Below, in pieces: positions 1 to 10,252 of a stretch of DNA of 64,000 nucleotides. The notes under the pieces were generated by a model. It did not search any database, was not told the DNA's origin, and saw only the letters and a program-made list of their open reading frames with translations. Every line of letters starts with the position of its first letter. Position 1 is the first letter of the stretch. Both the position numbers and the translations under genes were made by a program. Source of the stretch: Cyanobacteria bacterium P01_A01_bin.123 (lineage in GTDB: Bacteria > Cyanobacteriota > Cyanobacteriia > Phormidesmidales > Phormidesmidaceae); contig JBCBZT010000017.1 of assembly GCA_039815185.1 (NCBI GenBank), positions 32,001 to 96,000 on the forward strand, in the 5' to 3' direction.

Positions 1-957
1 GAAGAATGGTGCCGCTTTGGCCTCAACCATGCTCAGTTCACGAATCAAATCAAGCAGTGGCGGCAAACCCTAGCCCATTGGCACTGGGCAGAGATCCGTG
101 CCGCCCGTGATACCCCCAGCGATCCAGGTGTGGAGCTGACCCACCCCCAAGAAGCGATTCGCACGAATCTACAGCAAGTCCTCCAAGCAAACTTTTGCCG
201 AGTGCAGGAAGCCCTGCGCGTGCTGGAAGAATATGGGAAGCTAATCAACCCTGATATGGGAGCTACGTTTAAGCGCATGCGCTACCAGGTTTATACCTTA
301 GAGAGTCAACTCGGTCTCTACCAGCGACAGGACAAGCTCCAACAGGCCCAAACCTACCTGGTCACTTCTCCCCACGAACACCTGATCGATGTGGTAGAAG
401 CTGCCCTCAAAGGGGGATTAGGTATCGTGCAGTACCGAGAAAAAGTCGCCCATGACTGTGATCGCTGGCCGATCGTGCAGCAGCTACGATCACTTTGTGA
501 CCAATACGGGGCGCTGTTTCTAGTTAATGATCGGATCGATTTGGCCCTAGCCGCTAACGCTGACGGGGTACACCTCGGGCAACAGGATTTGCCTATCACC
601 GTCGCCCGCCAACTGCTGGGCGATCAAGCCATCATTGGCCGTTCCACAACTAGCCCCGATGAAATGCAACGGGCGATTGCCGAAGGCGCAGATTACATTG
701 GCGTTGGCCCTGTCTATGCCACACCAACTAAACCCGACAAAGCAGCTGCGGGGCTTGATTACGTGCGTCATGTCGCTGCCCATGCAACCCTGCCGTGGTT
801 TGCGATTGGCGGCATCGACAGTCACAATCTGCGTGAAGTGATTGATGCTGGAGCCCAACGCGTTGCCATTGTCCGCGCCATCATGCAGGCTGACAACCCT
901 ACGCTGATCACCCAATCCCTAGCCACCCAACTCCCGCCCCTACGCGCGAAACCATGA
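1..957 (+). CDS. thiE: Thiamine-phosphate synthase, cyanobacterial long form; 5' end lies outside the window
   Basis: Frame is open from base 1 (EEWCRFGLN...). It contains RVQEALRVLEEYGK, VQYREK, NDRIDLA, GVHLGQQD and TPTKP, and is followed by thiS. Confidence 0.95.
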   Translation, partial: EEWCRFGLNHAQFTNQIKQWRQTLAHWHWAEIRAARDTPSDPGVELTHPQEAIRTNLQQVLQANFCRVQEALRVLEEYGKLINPDMGATFKRMRYQVYTLESQLGLYQRQDKLQQAQTYLVTSPHEHLIDVVEAALKGGLGIVQYREKVAHDCDRWPIVQQLRSLCDQYGALFLVNDRIDLALAANADGVHLGQQDLPITVARQLLGDQAIIGRSTTSPDEMQRAIAEGADYIGVGPVYATPTKPDKAAAGLDYVRHVAAHATLPWFAIGGIDSHNLREVIDAGAQRVAIVRAIMQADNPTLITQSLATQLPPLRAKP

Positions 958-1187
958 GCGATCCCTCTCCCAGCAACGCCATTGCCTTACAAGTCAATGG
1001 CAAAGCTCATACCTGTGCCGCCCGTGTAACCCTGCCCGAGCTCTTGACGCAGCTGGGTCTTAATCCCAGACTTGTGGCCGTAGAATATAACGGAGAAATC
1101 CTCCATCGGCAATTTTGGGATACGACTGAAATGCAGTCGGGCGATCGATTGGAGGTTGTCACGATTGTGGGGGGAGGGATTAAGTGA
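954..1187 (+). CDS. thiS: Sulfur carrier protein ThiS
   Basis: VNG...VAVEYNGEIL...GDRLEVVTIVGGG; ATGA overlap with thiE. Confidence 0.92.
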   Translation: MSDPSPSNAIALQVNGKAHTCAARVTLPELLTQLGLNPRLVAVEYNGEILHRQFWDTTEMQSGDRLEVVTIVGGGIK

Positions 1188-1336
1188 GGGAGAGATGAGG
1201 AGGTTAGGGAGTTGGGGAGCTGGGTTAACTAAGCTGATTTGAAAGAAAATAGAATTCTTTTCGGGTGTGCTGCTAGTACCTATGTCATGGTAGTGATTTC
1301 CCTACCCACCCAACCCTCCCTAGCTTGATTTCTGCC

Positions 1337-1810
1337 TTATTTCTGAAGGGTGGTTTCTTCGACTTGGGCCAAAATGCGATCGCGAAAATCGGTGTCGCTG
1401 TTGGCGAGACCTAAAAGCTGTCCATATTCTTGACGAGTTAGCCCGGCCTGCTCGATTAGGGTAAAGGCTTCTAAACGAATTTGCCGTTGCATCTGAACCG
1501 ATTCTGATTCAGTTTCCACCCGTTGCAAATCGATTTCCCTTTGATCAATCAAATCCACAATTTGTAGGTAAACCTTGACAAATTGCTTCACCTTTTCGGA
1601 TGAAATGTCGCTAGCAGATAATTTAGGAGCGATAGCTGGAGCGATGATTTCACTGGGCTCCGATGTTGGTAGAACTGTATCGGCAAGACTTTCACCCGCA
1701 AAAATTAATAAACTACTCCAGCACAGCAGCAGGCATACCCCTTTGCATAAAATGGCGCTTAAGTTCGGCGATCGCCGCCAAATCCCCAAAAAATATGAAA
1801 TCAGGTTCAT
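1337..1810 (-). CDS. DUF4168-like exported protein
   Basis: N-terminal hydrophobic segment; ISSEKVKQFVKVYLQI...IEQAGLTRQEY...LANSDTDFRDRI pattern; start uncertain. Confidence 0.7.
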   Translation of the reverse strand: MNLISYFLGIWRRSPNLSAILCKGVCLLLCWSSLLIFAGESLADTVLPTSEPSEIIAPAIAPKLSASDISSEKVKQFVKVYLQIVDLIDQREIDLQRVETESESVQMQRQIRLEAFTLIEQAGLTRQEYGQLLGLANSDTDFRDRILAQVEETTLQK

Positions 1811-1942
1811 GGATGATGAAACTTCAAACGGTGTGTTATCCTGTTTCACTGGAAAGCAAATTTCTGCCGATATGCATAGCCTCAACTTATTGAGTCGGCA
1901 GACTGTTCTAGCAATGTAACGTGGAATTTGAAAAATTTAATT

Positions 1943-2182
1943 ATGACAGATACCTTGGTGAGCCAGCAGGTTGTTCATCCCATGGAGAAATTCCAGGGTA
2001 AAGTGCAATCCTTGGTTAGCTCCAGACTGATTCAACCGACCGATCGTCTGTGGAAGATCGCTTTTTTGTTTGGCGATGATTGGGCCTATTGGAAGCGGGA
2101 ACTCGAAGAATTTGAGTTCACAATGCAAGACACCATCGGTGACCTCTTGGCTGTCGAATCTTGGGAAGAAGATCCCGAATAG
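1943..2182 (+). CDS. DUF4327 family small cyanobacterial protein
   Basis: HPMEKFQ..V.SLV...LWKIAFLFGDDWAYWKRELEEFEFTMQDTIGDLL. Confidence 0.8.
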   Translation: MTDTLVSQQVVHPMEKFQGKVQSLVSSRLIQPTDRLWKIAFLFGDDWAYWKRELEEFEFTMQDTIGDLLAVESWEEDPE

Positions 2183-2267
2183 AGTGCCTTGGTTAGCATC
2201 AATGTGCTCCCTAGGCTGGCAGTGACTGTTCTGATGGTGATTACTTCTTTTAATGGTGGTGATCCAA

Positions 2268-2359
2268 AGGTCACTCATCCTGCTTTTAGCAGGATGAGTG
2301 ACCTAGAAACTCCAAATGCCCTGTCTGACTTTGTTGAAGCCAGACAGGGCATTTGGAGT
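2268..2359. terminator. Two adjacent perfect hairpins between convergent genes, probably a bidirectional terminator
   Basis: 17-bp arms 2268-2284/2288-2304 and 19-bp arms 2309-2327/2341-2359. Confidence 0.6.
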
Positions 2360-2391
2360 GTGAGCGCTCTTGAATTAATGAATAAACTCCG

Positions 2392-4611
2392 CTAGTTACG
2401 GAGCTTTTCCAAGTTGGGCCTAACTTTGACCCGTACTGCAATCACAGTGATGTTGTCGTGGCCGTTTTGCACATTAGCAAGTTCAATTAAATCTGCAACC
2501 CCTTCTTCGAGGTCGTGACGCGATCGCAACAGCGGATCGACATGGCTCGTGCAATGAGTTTCCAGCAAATCATTGTCGCTCAACCCATCGGAGCACAATA
2601 CGAAGAGCGTGTCTTCATTTAGATCGATATAGTTCACACTGGGGCGAATATCTTCGCTGTCTCTAGGGCCAAGGGCTTGGGTTAACTGATAAGCGTCTGG
2701 GCGAGCATAGGCGATAGCAGGCTCCACACCACGCTTAATTTCTCGCTGGCCCACTTCATGGTCTATGGTGGCTTGCTGGAGTCCCAGACGACGGCTGTAG
2801 CGATATAGTCGACTATCGCCCACATGGGCTACAACGGCTTGGGTATCTTGCAGCAAAACCATCACCAGGGTGGTGCCCATACGTCCGCTGCCGGATCGCT
2901 CATCTTGGATATTGAGGTCGTAGATGGCGCGATTGGCTTCTGCGATCGCAGTTTGGATACTCTCTTCCGGAGGCAAATCTTCGCCCCAGTGCTGCTCAAA
3001 ATAGGCCTGTAAGGTTTGTACGGCTAACGCACTAGCGACTTCCCCACCCTCGTGGCCCCCCATGCCGTCGCACAAGATGTAGAGTCCTTTAGCCGCAAGC
3101 TTGCGGCCACTAGGTATCTCTTGCTTGTGCAATTCTGTGCGGATGTAAAACGAATCTTCGTTGTGATCCCGTTGTTGCCCCACGTGGGTCTGACCCGCTT
3201 CGTCTAAACCCACCAACACCATGGGCAACACCATGGTGGATTCAGCGAAGTCAGTTTCGTCTTCTTCGTCCGGTGGCGGTAGCTCGTTGTTGTTGTTAAT
3301 ATCTGTGCCAATCAAAGACGCTGCGACATCATGCAGATTGGTCGACACTGCCTCAATATCTTCCTCCAGCACGGTCTCCAAATCAGCAGTGTTGTCAGAA
3401 TCCGTCTCTGCGATCACCCTCGACGACTGTTCTTCGACTCCTGACTCTGAGACGCTCGCCTCTGGCTTGTTTGATACCGCTTCTGCGTCTAAATCACCCT
3501 GTTCATCTGCTTCCCAACTATCAGGGCTGGCTTCAGTTTCCGTTTTGGGTATTGATTCGGGATTCAGGACTAGTTCAGGTTGACTTTGAGCTTGTAACGT
3601 ATCTGCAATTTGAGCCAGCTCACTTTGCAGAGGTTGAAGCTGGTCTATTTCTCCCCCAGCAACGTCATGGGCTAACTGCTTTAAAGGGGCTAGAACATTG
3701 GGCAGAGTTCGCAACAAATCTTCCCAAAACTGGCCGAGTTCGATGAGTTGTTTACCGTTTGGGGTGGGCTGACAATAAAGTCGGCGTAAACATAAAATTC
3801 GATCTTCATCGACGCATAAATTGTCTTGTTTGAGCAAGCTAGCCTGCCCATGCCACGGTGCTAAGGCATGCCACAAATCAGTCATTTCAAAAAACCAATG
3901 CACCTGCTGTAGCGGATCAGCGATTTGGTCAGACCAAGTGTCACTGAGCTGAGTTAATTGGGTTCGATTTTCCAGCAACAGCACGGTGTAATCATCTTGC
4001 TGCCAAGCCGCATAAAGTTCAGGCAACACTGGAAACAATTTATTTTGCAGCTTGATATAAGGATGAGCTGCTACTGGGAGTTGTTCCATTAACGTCACTT
4101 CAATGGACTCCGTCGATGACTCAGCTTCTAAAAGTGCCGTTTGTAGCGCATCAAGTGGAGAAGGATCCCCAGGATGACAGTCAATCACCTCAGCTTCTAA
4201 TTCCTGACCTGGGGCAACAGGGCGTTCCACTTGCGGTGACTGAAGTTGATAACGATTGGCTGCATCCAAAAACTCTCCACTCAAAGGTGTTGACGCTGCC
4301 GCTGCCGTTAAGTGACTGGGATGAGAGGCCGTATCCTCTGGCTTATCGTCTGATTCATGTGCCGCCAGAGTGCTGTCATCTGTACCCGAGTGTTCCAATG
4401 CAAAGCGGTTTATATCAGAGGTTGCTGGTGGTTCTGTGGCGATAGAAGCTGCAGCAGCACTGATGCCATCGGTCGAGGGTGCTGGGTCGCAGGCGTCAGT
4501 AGATGCTTGCCGCATCACAATCGCACTCACAATCCTGAGCGGATGCCCACAGTTCTGGCAGAACCGATTATGTTCAGGATTTTCAAACTCGCACTTTGCA
4601 CAAACAAGCAT
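2392..4611 (-). CDS. PP2C-family Ser/Thr phosphatase with N-terminal zinc ribbon and acidic linker
   Basis: N-terminal CAKC...CQNCG; PP2C motifs RDHNEDS, LCDGMGGH, MGTT, HVGDSRLY, LCSDGLSD, GHDNIT. Confidence 0.92.
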   Translation of the reverse strand: MLVCAKCEFENPEHNRFCQNCGHPLRIVSAIVMRQASTDACDPAPSTDGISAAAASIATEPPATSDINRFALEHSGTDDSTLAAHESDDKPEDTASHPSHLTAAAASTPLSGEFLDAANRYQLQSPQVERPVAPGQELEAEVIDCHPGDPSPLDALQTALLEAESSTESIEVTLMEQLPVAAHPYIKLQNKLFPVLPELYAAWQQDDYTVLLLENRTQLTQLSDTWSDQIADPLQQVHWFFEMTDLWHALAPWHGQASLLKQDNLCVDEDRILCLRRLYCQPTPNGKQLIELGQFWEDLLRTLPNVLAPLKQLAHDVAGGEIDQLQPLQSELAQIADTLQAQSQPELVLNPESIPKTETEASPDSWEADEQGDLDAEAVSNKPEASVSESGVEEQSSRVIAETDSDNTADLETVLEEDIEAVSTNLHDVAASLIGTDINNNNELPPPDEEDETDFAESTMVLPMVLVGLDEAGQTHVGQQRDHNEDSFYIRTELHKQEIPSGRKLAAKGLYILCDGMGGHEGGEVASALAVQTLQAYFEQHWGEDLPPEESIQTAIAEANRAIYDLNIQDERSGSGRMGTTLVMVLLQDTQAVVAHVGDSRLYRYSRRLGLQQATIDHEVGQREIKRGVEPAIAYARPDAYQLTQALGPRDSEDIRPSVNYIDLNEDTLFVLCSDGLSDNDLLETHCTSHVDPLLRSRHDLEEGVADLIELANVQNGHDNITVIAVRVKVRPNLEKLRN

Positions 4612-4775
4612 GATCGGACTATCCGTTAGGCCCAAAGGGTATCCCATACATCCAGAATGCCTCATGAACAACCTTGCTTAACAAAGTACATGATAAATTC
4701 TTGAATTTTTGTCAAAGGTTTTAACTTTCGGCTCAAAATTTGGCGTTACTTGGCCCAGCCAGCTGGATTTAACGC

Positions 4776-4845
4776 CATCCGATTTGGAGACTTGAATTTT
4801 AGCGCAAGGGGAAACCATGGCGCTAGATGAGGATGAGGCTTAAAC
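4776..4845 (+). repeat. Dispersed intergenic repeat, family CATCCGATTTGAAAAC (degenerate copy)
   Basis: catccgatttggagacttgaattttag; similar to the copies at 5810, 46311, 47411 and 49986. Confidence 0.55.
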
Positions 4846-4916
4846 CGCGTCCAGCTTGAAATATGACATTTTCCCATCCGCAAAACGTCTGCTTTGGACG
4901 TGGAAACGGTTTAGAG

Positions 4917-5516
4917 TCACAGGCGTAGTTTGACAAGCTGCTCCAGTTGTTTGAGTTCACTGGGCGTTAAGTCACGCCATTCGCCAGGGGAAAGATTAGT
5001 GATTTTCAAATGGGCGATCGCGACGCGCACCAATCGCAGGGTTGGATGACCTACAGACGCTGTCATCCGCCGGACTTGGCGGTTGCGTCCTTCGGTTAAG
5101 GTGAGTTCAAGCCAGGCTGTAGGCACCTGTTTGCGAAAGCGGATCGGCGGTTCCCGAGGTGGCAGGATTGGTTCACGTTGAAGACAGACTACTTTTGCAG
5201 GCCGGGTGCGGTATTGCTGAATGTCTATCCCCTGCCTCAACTGTGTCAGCGCCGTTTCATCGGGGATGTGCTCAATCTGTGCCCAGTAGGTGCGCGGATG
5301 GGCAAACCGAGGATTACTCAACCGATGCTGTAATAAACCGTAATCACTCAGCAGTAGCAGTCCTTCACTGTCGCGATCTAAACGGCCTATGGCATAGACT
5401 CCAGGCACCGAAATATATTGCTTAAGGGTAGGTCTGGGGCCATCCTTAGCCTTGGCATCGGTGAATTGAGTTAAGACGCCGTAGGGTTTATAGAACAACA
5501 AGTAGCGATGAACCAT
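4917..5516 (-). CDS. rRNA pseudouridine synthase, RsuA/RluE family
   Basis: [39 protein letters not shown]. Confidence 0.92.
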   Translation of the reverse strand: MVHRYLLFYKPYGVLTQFTDAKAKDGPRPTLKQYISVPGVYAIGRLDRDSEGLLLLSDYGLLQHRLSNPRFAHPRTYWAQIEHIPDETALTQLRQGIDIQQYRTRPAKVVCLQREPILPPREPPIRFRKQVPTAWLELTLTEGRNRQVRRMTASVGHPTLRLVRVAIAHLKITNLSPGEWRDLTPSELKQLEQLVKLRL

Positions 5517-5802
5517 GGCAATAGTGCCCAAAAGTTGGACTAGATGATAAAGATAAGCCTACAAACTTTAATTTTTATGAATCTATTGGCTTGATCACAG
5601 GGTAAAATTTTGCCAAGATCGCAATGCTAAACTGCCTATGGGCAAAAGGATATGGGGCCACAATCGTGATTGTTAAGTGACTAAGAAAAGCGCGAAAATT
5701 CGTATCTTAAATACACGAATATTAATGTCGCTAGGTGAGTATTGCGAAAATATTTAGAAACAGCCAGGAGCCAAATTAACCTCGATATCCTGAGCTGTAA
5801 TC

Positions 5803-5880
5803 TAAACCCCATCCGATTTGAAAACGTGAGTTTTAGCTTACGGAAAAGCTATAGATCTGGATGTGGACGAGGTTTTAAAG
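5803..5880 (+). repeat. Dispersed intergenic repeat, family CATCCGATTTGAAAAC (most complete copy)
   Basis: taaaccccatccgatttgaaaacgtgagttttag...gaaaagctatagatctggatgtggacgaggttttaa. Confidence 0.65.
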
Positions 5881-5899
5881 AACTCATGCAAGGATTGTT

Positions 5900-6214
5900 A
5901 TGGATCAATCACAAAAGTATCGATTTGTTTGTACGCTAACTTTTGGGGACATCTACGGCCAAATTATTGTCTGGTTGATTGTCTTGTTTGTGAGTTTGGC
6001 AGCAGCTTTAGCGTTGATGGGGGCTAGTCGTCCGATCTATGCCCTAGCGACGGTTGGGTTGATCTTGGTAGTTTCTTTGCCTTTTCTGCTGTTTGCGTTT
6101 GTCACAACACTGCTGAATCATATCGAGTTTGCTGCCGTAGATGCGACGTCAGAACGGCAATTGGCAGCGGATCGAGCTGCTGCGGCCCAAAGAGCAGCTC
6201 AAGCCACAGGCTAA
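5900..6214 (+). CDS. Conserved cyanobacterial small membrane protein
   Basis: Two hydrophobic helices; KYRFVCTLTFGDIYGQIIVWL N-terminus. Confidence 0.75.
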   Translation: MDQSQKYRFVCTLTFGDIYGQIIVWLIVLFVSLAAALALMGASRPIYALATVGLILVVSLPFLLFAFVTTLLNHIEFAAVDATSERQLAADRAAAAQRAAQATG

Positions 6215-6336
6215 TTTTCCAGTTTGATCAAACTGGGTGATTTTAGGCCCAAATGCATCAGTCAGGATAGGGTTTATGGATGTCCTGCTGATGCGTTTTG
6301 GTTTGTTGCCGATACCGCGCAAAAAAGCTTGTTGTC

Positions 6337-6454
6337 CTATAGCAGTCGCCATAAAGCGTGGCGACTGCTATTTGTACGCGACTGCGAGCCAGATTGCTCG
6401 GATACTCAGCATCCCAGCGATACTCGGTGCATTAAGCAATCTCCAGCACGATAG
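6337..6454. repeat. Structured dispersed repeat, copy 1 (core shared with 15093-15199)
   Basis: 59-nt core 6384-6442 matches 15127-15185 at 51/59 positions; preceded by a 13-bp-arm hairpin atagcagtcgcca/tggcgactgctat. Confidence 0.75.
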
Positions 6455-6471
6455 AACTTGAACTCAGGGTT

Positions 6472-7386
6472 CTATTCAGTGTCCTCTGCATCAGACGGTT
6501 CGGCATTCTCTGGGGACGTAGGAGGCTCTGGAGCAACCGACTCAGGTTGAGGGGCTGCTGGGGCGCTTTGCCCCTGGGCGAGCTGCTCAATTTGATCTTT
6601 GTATTGGTCAGGGGCCAGGGCGATCGCATTTGCAAATAGTGGCTCAGCCGCTTCTGTCTGCCCCTGATCACGCAGGACTAGGGCTTTGGCGAGTAAAGGC
6701 CGGAAATCATCTGGTCTGGAAGTAATGGCTTGGTCATAGAGGGCTAGGGCTTCGTCATAACGGGCCTCCTCAACATAAACCTGACCCAGCAATAGTTGAA
6801 CTGAAGTTGTATCAATAGAATTCGGCTGTACCTGGTTCGCCTGTGCAGCAGTTGCCAATGTATCTTGCAATAGACCAATGGCTGCTTGGGGACGCTCCTG
6901 AGTCATCATCAGAGCGACCAAGCCCTGCAGGGCATTCATATTGCCTGGATTAGTGTCTAACACCGTGCGATAAGCTTGGGCCGCACCTTCCAAATCCCCG
7001 GTTTGTTGTTTGGTTTGCCCCAACAGCACTGCGTAGTCGGGAACACCAGGATTAAGCTCTGCTAACCGCGCTAAAGGTTCGATGACTCCTGTCAAATCCC
7101 CCAGTTGAATTCGGGCTTCTACCAACCCCCGCAGAGCCGTCTGATTGTCGGGTTCACGCTCTAGCACTAAAGCATACCCATTGGCACGGGTTTCAAGCTC
7201 CTCCTGCTGGGCAGCTTGAGCGTTTTCAGGGGTTTGGGCCGTACTAGCGGAATAATTTGAATTTTCACGGTCTGATGATGTCCCCAGTAGGGGCAGCAAG
7301 GAGATTGCAATAAAGGCCGCCAGCGCGACCATTAATACTCCTCCAATCAGCCAGCGATTGCGTTTAACAGCCACAGCAGTCCTCAA
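6472..7386 (-). CDS. Membrane-anchored tetratricopeptide repeat protein
   Basis: N-terminal TM helix and several TPR-like repeats (e.g. LLGQVYVEEARYDEALALYDQAI); start uncertain. Confidence 0.85.
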   Translation of the reverse strand: MRTAVAVKRNRWLIGGVLMVALAAFIAISLLPLLGTSSDRENSNYSASTAQTPENAQAAQQEELETRANGYALVLEREPDNQTALRGLVEARIQLGDLTGVIEPLARLAELNPGVPDYAVLLGQTKQQTGDLEGAAQAYRTVLDTNPGNMNALQGLVALMMTQERPQAAIGLLQDTLATAAQANQVQPNSIDTTSVQLLLGQVYVEEARYDEALALYDQAITSRPDDFRPLLAKALVLRDQGQTEAAEPLFANAIALAPDQYKDQIEQLAQGQSAPAAPQPESVAPEPPTSPENAEPSDAEDTE

Positions 7387-7963
7387 AACTCAATGTTGCT
7401 ACCCAAATATTAACGACTAACGTTGATGCTTCGATTGTCCGGGGGTGACACTTAACACACTGCAATTGCCAAAAACTCAGAATGATCCCCAGTCAAGCGT
7501 GCTGTAAAGCGTGTCATAGCGTAGTTTGAAGCACTAGGTCTTGAGGGGCAATGCGTTACGCTAGTCCAGTAGCGTATCTGACAAAAATTAAGACCTTTAG
7601 CCTATGAATATAGAGATAGGTCTGCGATTACATCTAAACTCTGGAGTCTCTGGTGCAGCGCTAGCGAGTTAAAACAAATTTCAATGAAGTTCTCTAAGCG
7701 ATGCTAAAACCATGCGGATTCAATGATTGCAGGGATGGATAGGTAAAAAACTTGGGGTTTGAGAGCCAAATATGGCCACTCTTTTCTTAAAGTTGGGCAA
7801 AATGCTAGTGCTAGGTTACACCTGTTTAAGGTTTTGGGTTAAAACGAGACTGGCTTAACAAATTAAACGACTCTGCTCGATAATCCATGCTGCACTTTAG
7901 CATAATGTCTATGGCGGTAGCAGTACGTCAGTCGGTTTCTATGTTCGGGAGGTTTGAGAATTT

Positions 7964-9154
7964 ATGAGTTCAGCAACTGGTGGATTGCCTGAGTCTTCTC
8001 CGTCGATGGTGAATGGGGCAAGCAGTAATCAGGCATCCTCTGACGAAACCCCTCAACATCATGAGCTGCAAGCTAACTCCTCGGCTGATCAGGGCTCTCT
8101 TTTACCCCCACCGCGGCGACCAGCACGACCTGCTAAACCTGAGCCAGTGGCGCCAGCGACGGTGAGTCAATCCCATGTCCAAAAGGCACCATCACCCGTG
8201 GAGCCTGCCCCGCCTGTGCCAACTCAGTCAGTGACTCCACAGTCAACAGCAACGGCTGAGACTGACCAAGGGGGCTCTGAGACCGTCGTTTTGCCACGGC
8301 AGCATCCCATTTCTACCCCCAGTGAACCCAGGCAGTACCGCGCTATTGGCTTGGTGCGTGGGTGCTACGTACCCTCTGAGAAACAGTTCAATCTGGGCGT
8401 GGTGAAAACCGATACTGGAGAAGAAATTGATTCGGTGTTGCTGGGACGCGTGACTAGCCTGATCAAAAATCACATTGATTTGAACGTGTCCCATTTGTGG
8501 GTGGTGTATCCTCGCACGCGGGAACAAACTCGAGATTCCTTAGAGTGTGATTTACACCTACAAATTGTGGGGGTATGGGAGCCAGAGACCTTAAACCAAG
8601 AGGAGGCCGCTGAGCAAGATACCGTTGACGAAGCGCCCGCTGACGCACAAGTGGTTTCAGTCGAGCCTGACCCAGCTGAGCCCGACCCAGCTGAGCCCGA
8701 CTTGGCAGATGATGGGGCTGCGGTTGAGGCGATTCCCACCACTGAGCTACCCGATAACTACTTCTCGATTCGGGGAGAAATTCTTCGATATTCTGAGGAA
8801 ACGGGACATATTGTGGTCAATATTGTGCAGGTGCCCAAGCAATCTGGAAAACCGCCTAAGTCTTTTCGGTTGACGGTGCAGGGGAAGCTCGACGGCAAAA
8901 CCGTCGGCTACTTTTGGGATCTCAATGTACAGCGACAGGGTACGGCTTTGGTGCTGGAGTCGAGCACAGTCATTGGTATCGTGCCTCCTAAGAAGCGGAA
9001 GCCGGGCGATCGCGGCAAAACGCGTCGCCCTGTCAAACGGTTCAACGGGAATAGAGCCAATAGCGATCGCCCCAAAGCGCCCCATCGTTCTACTGCAGAA
9101 CGGCCTGTCCCTTCTGGAGAACGGCGCAAAGCCCGTCCAGACGGCCAACCTTAG
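7964..9154 (+). CDS. Conserved hypothetical cyanobacterial protein with Pro-rich N-terminus and basic C-terminus
   Basis: 396-aa ORF with a GGAGG upstream; globular blocks QYRAIGLVRG, HLWVVYPRT, QIVGVWEP, YFSIRGE. Confidence 0.8.
   Translation: MSSATGGLPESSPSMVNGASSNQASSDETPQHHELQANSSADQGSLLPPPRRPARPAKPEPVAPATVSQSHVQKAPSPVEPAPPVPTQSVTPQSTATAETDQGGSETVVLPRQHPISTPSEPRQYRAIGLVRGCYVPSEKQFNLGVVKTDTGEEIDSVLLGRVTSLIKNHIDLNVSHLWVVYPRTREQTRDSLECDLHLQIVGVWEPETLNQEEAAEQDTVDEAPADAQVVSVEPDPAEPDPAEPDLADDGAAVEAIPTTELPDNYFSIRGEILRYSEETGHIVVNIVQVPKQSGKPPKSFRLTVQGKLDGKTVGYFWDLNVQRQGTALVLESSTVIGIVPPKKRKPGDRGKTRRPVKRFNGNRANSDRPKAPHRSTAERPVPSGERRKARPDGQP
8663..8701 (+). repeat. In-frame 15-bp tandem repeat (EPDPA x2.6)
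   Basis: gagcctgacccagct gagcccgacccagct gagcccgac. Confidence 0.85.
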
Positions 9155-9241
9155 AATGCCAGCAAGTAGCCCCTAGGTTCTGGTTCTAGTCGGCAGCTGT
9201 ATGACTCAGTCATGACGACTCACTATCTTCGGCGGTGTTCT

Positions 9242-9290
9242 GTCAGCCCCCTGCCCTAGCTAATTTCCTTGACTAGGGCAGGGGGCTGAC
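9242..9290. terminator. Perfect 18-bp-arm GC-rich hairpin downstream of the 7964-9154 gene
   Basis: gtcagccccctgccctag-N13-ctagggcagggggctgac; no U-tract. Confidence 0.5.
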
Positions 9291-9371
9291 TAGCTGCTTG
9301 AGAACAACCTATTCGCCGATTGCATCGACTTCAGATTAAAGTGAGGTAGCGCTAGCGTCACCCCTCATGCT

Positions 9372-10040
9372 ATGGAACTGCATCAGATTGAAACCCAGCT
9401 ACAACAGTCAGACTTTCAATATCGCCTCAAAGCAGTGTCAGCGCTTAGAAACTACCCCCCAGAGGTAGCTTTGCCGCTGCTGGTGAAGCATCTCCAAGAT
9501 CCCGAGTTTCTGGTACGGTCGTTTATTGCTAGAGAGTTAGGGTTTCAAAAGACTTCTGAGTCTTTCGCGGCACTGCTGCAGATCATGATGTTTGACAATA
9601 CCCCCAACGTTCGAGCCGAAGCGGCTAATTCCCTATCGCTTTTTGGACAGGTGGCTGCGTCCCATCTGACTCAGGCCTTTTTGAAAGATGCCCATTGGCT
9701 TGTCCGTCGCAGCATTCTAGCCGCCCTAACGGAGTTGGACTGCCCAAGGGAATTGCTAGAAGTCTGTGGCATGGGGTTAGTGGGGGAAGACTTGACGGTT
9801 CAAGAGGCTGCAGTGGGTGCCTTAGGTGCCCTTGCAGGGGGCGCGCAAGCGCAGGGAGCACTATCTCATTTACTGGAGCTCAAGCAATCTGACAATCCCC
9901 GCATCCGCAGTCGTGTGGCCTATGCCCTGAAATACTTCGACGCACCCGAAGCCCAACAGGCGCTAGCAGAACTGAGAGAAGATGAGGATCACAGCGTGAT
10001 TGGCGCAGCCATGGAACCGCTGTTAGAGGACAATCCTTAA
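9372..10040 (+). CDS. HEAT-repeat (PBS lyase-like, NblB-like) protein
   Basis: Repeats DPEFLVRSF, DNTPNVRAEAANSL, DAHWLVRRSILAAL. Confidence 0.85.
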   Translation: MELHQIETQLQQSDFQYRLKAVSALRNYPPEVALPLLVKHLQDPEFLVRSFIARELGFQKTSESFAALLQIMMFDNTPNVRAEAANSLSLFGQVAASHLTQAFLKDAHWLVRRSILAALTELDCPRELLEVCGMGLVGEDLTVQEAAVGALGALAGGAQAQGALSHLLELKQSDNPRIRSRVAYALKYFDAPEAQQALAELREDEDHSVIGAAMEPLLEDNP

Positions 10041-10252
10041 ACCTTTGAAAAGGTACCCGGTTAGGGGGGTGCCCCAAACGCTCAGCACTGGCTACACTTA
10101 CAGAAAGCCTGGATACCATTTGGGGTTAAATGTCTAGTGATATTGTATAGATTGTTGCAGAAGTTAATGTTTGACCTGAGAGAATGGGTTCAATTTTGGT
10201 GGTAAGCCTGAACATTGAATCTGTCTTAAGGCTTTTACCGTGTAATCAATGA

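Noticed and set aside
1275..1288. Cyanobacterial LexA box
   Set aside because: The second half-site mismatches and it lies between convergent genes
5702..5714. NtcA box
   Set aside because: Spacing is GTA-N7-TAC, not N8
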